A DNA stretch of 64,000 nt from Candidatus Cloacimonadales bacterium (GTDB taxonomy: Bacteria > Cloacimonadota > Cloacimonadia > Cloacimonadales > DAONDQ01). Position 1 is the stretch's first letter. Each line of letters begins with the position of its first letter. The stretch is from the NCBI GenBank assembly GCA_963662275.1, contig OY759316.1, positions 3,904,001-3,968,000 of the forward strand, given 5' to 3'. A model generated the notes under the pieces. It was not told the origin of the DNA and ran no database searches. It was given only the letters and a program-made list of their open reading frames with translations. The translations under genes and the position numbers were made by a program. Of the stretch, positions 59,706 to 64,000 are shown in pieces.

Positions 59706-60437
59706 TTAATACTTTAATACTTTCTCAAAAAAATGTTGAAGTTCAGAATGCCTTGGATTGTTGAAAAGCTCTATTGTGTCACCAACTTCCAAAACTTTAC
59801 CTTCCGCGATGAATAACACATGGTCTGCTACCTTTCGGGCAAAACCCATTTCATGAGTAACAAGGATCAAATCTTTTTTCTCTTCACGTAACTCCGCAAT
59901 CATATCGAGCACTTCAGATGTAAATTCAGGGTCTAGCGCAGAAGTAGGTTCATCCAGGAGAAGAAACTTTGGTTTTATAGCCATCGCTCTGGCAATTGCA
60001 ACCCTTTGTTTTTGACCTCCGGATAGTTGAGAAGGCTTTTTCAGAGCATGTTCCTGCAATTGGAATCGATTGAGCAATTCCAAAGCTCTTGCTTCAGACT
60101 CTTCCAGGGAATAACCATGTACTTTCTCCAAGGGTAATGCTATGTTTCGAAGTGCAGTTAAATGTGGGAACAGATTATATGCTTGAAAAACCATACCAAT
60201 GCTTTTACGATATTCACGTAAGTGTTGTTCTTCAAAAATAAGTGGTTCATCATTGATTAGAATACTTCCTGTGTTTGGAAACTCTAATCCTGCCAGGATA
60301 CGCAGCAAAGTGGTTTTTCCACCACCTGAAGGACCGATAATGACTAAAGCATGTATTTCCTCAAAGTGAAGAGAAATATCGTCTAATACGACTTGTTGTT
60401 CGTAGGATTTGGAGATGGATTTTAACTCAAGCTTCAT
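59706..60437 (-). CDS. Amino-acid ABC transporter ATPase (GlnQ-like)
   Basis: GPSGGGKT, LSGGQKQR, DEPTSALDPE. Confidence 0.93.
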   Translation of the reverse strand: MKLELKSISKSYEQQVVLDDISLHFEEIHALVIIGPSGGGKTTLLRILAGLEFPNTGSILINDEPLIFEEQHLREYRKSIGMVFQAYNLFPHLTALRNIALPLEKVHGYSLEESEARALELLNRFQLQEHALKKPSQLSGGQKQRVAIARAMAIKPKFLLLDEPTSALDPEFTSEVLDMIAELREEKKDLILVTHEMGFARKVADHVLFIAEGKVLEVGDTIELFNNPRHSELQHFFEKVLKY

Positions 60438-60493
60438 ACATGCTGCCTGGAATAATTGTTACCAAGTTATAGCCTTCTGAAATGGGAGCTATA

Positions 60494-61330
60494 TTAAGTT
60501 TCATAATGGAACTTCTTCTCTAAATGTCTTGTTAATAGAGAGATGGGGAATGTCAGGATGAAATAGCCAACAGCTAAAGGAATATAGCTCTCGAGAGTTG
60601 AATAAGTATAGGAATTTACTTCCTGGGCGTTCAAGGTAAATTCACTGACCGAAATGATAGATAATAACGAAGAGTCCTTTACTAACGAAACAAATTGTCC
60701 AGCCAGGGGTGGTAGAATTCTTTTCATGACCTGTGGAAAGATGATAAACCGATAGGTATCCGTTTTATTGAAACCCAAGGCTTTAGCGGTTTCCCATTGT
60801 GATTTGCCAATACTTTCAATACCTGCTCTAATCACTTCTGATACATAAGCTCCTGAGAAAAATGCTAAGATCAGAATTCCAGCTACATATCGATCATTAA
60901 TATGAAATGCATTTCCAATCACATAGAAGAAGATTAGGATTTGCACTAGCAGCGTTGTTCCACGTATCAATTCGATATATGTTTTACTGATGATTTTAAA
61001 AGGTAGGAATCGAGATTGCTGTCCCATAGCGAAAAAGAGACCAATGAAAAGACTGAGTATGAGTGCAAAACATGAGATGAGAATGGTCATGAACCAGCCA
61101 TGAATGAATTTCGCTTTATACTTATAGAGCGCTGTCCAATTGAAATGATACTGCAATTGACTGAATGCGAAAATGAAGAGTCCGCTTAAAATGACGATAA
61201 CCAGAATAGTACTCAATATCCACGCAAGAGTACTCCATTTGGGAAGATCATGATACTCAGGGGAAAGGAAGAGATTTGAATACCATGATCTTTTCTCTTT
61301 TGTTATTGGATTCGTTGAATTGTTAATCAA
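60494..61330 (-). CDS. Amino-acid ABC transporter permease
   Basis: YIELIRGT, AYVSEVIRAGI, QWETAKALG, KDSSL. Confidence 0.92.
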   Translation of the reverse strand: MINNSTNPITKEKRSWYSNLFLSPEYHDLPKWSTLAWILSTILVIVILSGLFIFAFSQLQYHFNWTALYKYKAKFIHGWFMTILISCFALILSLFIGLFFAMGQQSRFLPFKIISKTYIELIRGTTLLVQILIFFYVIGNAFHINDRYVAGILILAFFSGAYVSEVIRAGIESIGKSQWETAKALGFNKTDTYRFIIFPQVMKRILPPLAGQFVSLVKDSSLLSIISVSEFTLNAQEVNSYTYSTLESYIPLAVGYFILTFPISLLTRHLEKKFHYET

Positions 61331-61341
61331 AAACCTCGATG

Positions 61342-62136
61342 TTAAAAGTAGAAAGGATAACCCATCTTTTGAAACTCATCTTTCTGGTCTTTCAAGTATT
61401 TATCACCTAATCTATCGAAACCGCCCTGGGATTTAAATTTCTTCAGAAACTGATTAATCTTATTCTTCAATTCAGGATCACCTTTTCTCATGGCAATTCC
61501 CCACTTCTCTTTGACAAAGGGTGTCAGGATTGCATGTGTCGTTTCCCTATTTTTGCTCCAGTTTGTATATGTGGACATCTGGTCATAAATAAAAGCATCT
61601 GCTTTACCCTGAACAACTTCCAGTACACAGGCACTTTCTTTATCAAAGACCAGGACATGTGCTTTTTTGAGGCTATCCGCTGCATAAATTGCTCCAGTTG
61701 TACCTTTCTTAACGGCAACAGTGCGTTGAGAATTATCTAAATCCTGGATAGCCTGGACAGATGACTTTTTAGAGACTAAAAGACATAGACCTGTCTCCAG
61801 GTATGGATCAGAGAATTCAACAGTTTTACTGCGTTCTGTGGTAATTGTCATGGAAGAGATGATAATATCGATCTTATGAGACATCAGGGAAGGAATCAAG
61901 CCATCAAAACTGATATTTTCAATAATGACCTGCTTATCTAAAGCTTGTCCCATCTCTTTTGCCAAATCTACACTAATACCGGAAGGAGTACCAAGAGAGT
62001 CGGTCATTTCAAAGGGTGGATATGCGAGTTCCATACCTACTATTAGCTTTTCTTTGTCAGGGAGCTTAGCTTTACATCCAAAAGTCACGAATAAAAAGCA
62101 ACCTAGAAACAGGATAAAAAAAGATTGAACGCGCAT
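61342..62136 (-). CDS. Amino-acid ABC transporter substrate-binding lipoprotein
   Basis: YPPFE, SSMTITTER, VKKGTTG; lipobox-like FGC. Confidence 0.9.
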   Translation of the reverse strand: MRVQSFFILFLGCFLFVTFGCKAKLPDKEKLIVGMELAYPPFEMTDSLGTPSGISVDLAKEMGQALDKQVIIENISFDGLIPSLMSHKIDIIISSMTITTERSKTVEFSDPYLETGLCLLVSKKSSVQAIQDLDNSQRTVAVKKGTTGAIYAADSLKKAHVLVFDKESACVLEVVQGKADAFIYDQMSTYTNWSKNRETTHAILTPFVKEKWGIAMRKGDPELKNKINQFLKKFKSQGGFDRLGDKYLKDQKDEFQKMGYPFYF

Positions 62137-62492
62137 CGTTTCTCCTTTTTATGGTAAATGGTTTATGATTCTAAAATACATGTTCTTGAAAACATGTCAT
62201 TATTGCATTTGCATATTTCTCTAATTTCCCTGAATCTTATGAATGAGACTCTGCATGGCTGTCAATTTCTTTCATTTTCTACCATTGTCCATACCAGGCA
62301 AAAGTCATGAAGATATTGGAGATTATTAATAAGAATATTGTGACCATCTAATTATTCCTTTATCATTTAATTTGTGAGTTTATCAGTTGAAATACAGTTT
62401 GTATGTCAACATCTTTGCTTGAAAACCAAAATCATTGACACGATGAAGGTTCTATGAAACAAATGTCATAAATATGAAGCGGAGAAGAAATC

Positions 62493-63623
62493 ATGACATT
62501 AGAAGAAACCTTCAGAAGTATAGACATCTTTACCGGATTGAATGAAGAAGAATTATCACACATTTCAAATCGCTTTGAGCAATTGAATGTTACAGCGAAT
62601 GAATCAGTTTTTTCAGAAGGTACAATCGGAGACTTCTTCTATATTATTTTAGGAGGGGAAGTTGTTATCAGGAAGATAATACCTGACCCAAAATCAACGC
62701 AAACTCCTCTCACTGTCATGGGACCAAATGAATTCTTTGGAGAGATGGCTCTGATTGATGAATTTCCCCGGTCTGCAAGTGCTATTGCGACAAAGGATTC
62801 TGTTTTAATTCGCATTAATAAAGAAAGTTTCAACGATTTATGCACGAGTTATCCCAAATTATTGTACAACATGATTAGAAGGTTGTCTTTCCGAATGCGT
62901 GAATCAAATACCCGGTTTATTGATGCCTTGGAAAATATCATGATAAAAAATAAATTGGCTGCTATTGGTATGGCTACCAGTAAAATTATTCATGATATTC
63001 GAACACCGCTTACGATAATTGTCCTTGCAGCACAAATTATTGAACAATTGTATCCACAGGCAGCGGAATTCAGCCATGACATTATCAAGCAAACGGATTT
63101 TCTAGACCAACTTCTAAAAGAAATGCTTGATTATGCCCATGGTAAGGAAAGTTCCATTTTCATTGCTCCATTTGACTTGGATGAAACACTGAAAGAATTA
63201 GTGCAATATGGGAAACAGATGAGCAAAGATAAAACCATTAGTTTTGAAATTTCAGTGCAGGTAAATCAGAATCTCTTTCTCGATGGGATGAAAATTAAAC
63301 GTGTTCTTTTCAATCTTCTAAAAAACAGCATTGAAGCGATTGCAGAAAACGGGACAATATACGTCAATGCCGATATCCAGGGAAAGTATCTTCATCTTAT
63401 GATAGCAGATACAGGTACCGGTGTTCCTGAATCGATGCAGAAAAACTTATTCGATCCCTTCTTCACTTCTGGAAAGAGAATGGGAACAGGTTTGGGTTTA
63501 GCAATATGTGAGAAAATCATACATGATCACCAGGGAACTATCACTTATAGTAATCGGGAAGGTGGTGGTTCACAATTTGATATCCTTCTCCCATTGGTTT
63601 TTGAAAGACCGGAATTGGATTAA
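62493..63623 (+). CDS. cNMP-binding sensor histidine kinase
   Basis: FFGEMAL...PRSASA; HDIRTPL; NLLKN; DTGTG; GTGLGL. Confidence 0.9.
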   Translation: MTLEETFRSIDIFTGLNEEELSHISNRFEQLNVTANESVFSEGTIGDFFYIILGGEVVIRKIIPDPKSTQTPLTVMGPNEFFGEMALIDEFPRSASAIATKDSVLIRINKESFNDLCTSYPKLLYNMIRRLSFRMRESNTRFIDALENIMIKNKLAAIGMATSKIIHDIRTPLTIIVLAAQIIEQLYPQAAEFSHDIIKQTDFLDQLLKEMLDYAHGKESSIFIAPFDLDETLKELVQYGKQMSKDKTISFEISVQVNQNLFLDGMKIKRVLFNLLKNSIEAIAENGTIYVNADIQGKYLHLMIADTGTGVPESMQKNLFDPFFTSGKRMGTGLGLAICEKIIHDHQGTITYSNREGGGSQFDILLPLVFERPELD

Positions 63624-63709
63624 AATGCACTCATTTCAATAAATTACTTGCCAGTATTCAAGCTCCCCTTTTCGTTGACTCATTATATGAAATTCCAGGA
63701 TGGTGAATC

Positions 63710-63901
63710 ATGTCAAGAATATGTGATGTATGTGGAAAAGGTGCACAAAACGGTAATCACCGCAGTCATGCTTTAAATGCTACCAAGCGTAAATTTTATC
63801 CGAATTTGCAGGAAATCAGAGCTGAATTCCAAGGTAAGATTGCCAAGATTAAGATTTGTATGTCTTGTCTGAAAGCAAATAAGGTAAGAAAAGTCGTTTA
63901 A
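63710..63901 (+). CDS. rpmB: 50S ribosomal protein L28
   Basis: [27 protein letters not shown]. Confidence 0.95.
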   Translation: MSRICDVCGKGAQNGNHRSHALNATKRKFYPNLQEIRAEFQGKIAKIKICMSCLKANKVRKVV

Positions 63902-63927
63902 GATAGTAAACAATTTGTTAGATACTT

Positions 63928-63955
63928 AAAAGACCGGTTTATCCGGTCTTTTTTT
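63928..63955 (+). terminator. Intrinsic terminator
   Basis: AAAAGACCGG-TTTAT-CCGGTCTTTTTTT. Confidence 0.85.
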
Positions 63956-64000
63956 ACTGCTGTTAATAACTTATCTCTTTTTCCGTTCGTCCTCTGTGTA

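Overview
64-kb AT-rich bacterial chromosomal window. The FlgD-Ig-type C-terminal domain (NYPNPFNP...KMILMK) and the intergenic palindromes suggest an FCB-group anaerobe, probably Cloacimonadota (inference). Left to right: (1) a GH38 alpha-mannosidase (runs off the edge) with two unusual carbohydrate ABC permeases; (2) a ~5.3-kb island bracketed by an inverted REP-like pair, holding an IS with TIRs and an 8-bp TSD, dinD, an Rx4H protein, an NDT/TIR-like protein and an ASCH remnant; (3) a DUF2877-FdrA-DUF1116 / cyclase / molybdo-hydroxylase / CoA-transferase / amidase cluster; (4) a ~19-kb surface-glycan region with NDP-hexose 2,3-dehydratase, two DegT aminotransferases, opine dehydrogenase, MaoC+CitE and rfbA/rfbB; (5) a ~470-nt intergenic stretch with three long, mutually crossing complementary helices, then an FGE-sulfatase/CLec gene whose 3' end looks like a DGR variable region (no RT or template repeat seen here); (6) an IS1182 inside a REP-like array, tetR-ferredoxin-hcp, a secreted 935-aa protein, an amino-acid ABC transporter, a cNMP histidine kinase and rpmB. 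No rRNA, tRNA or true CRISPR array was seen. All calls come from reading motifs by eye; no database searches were run.
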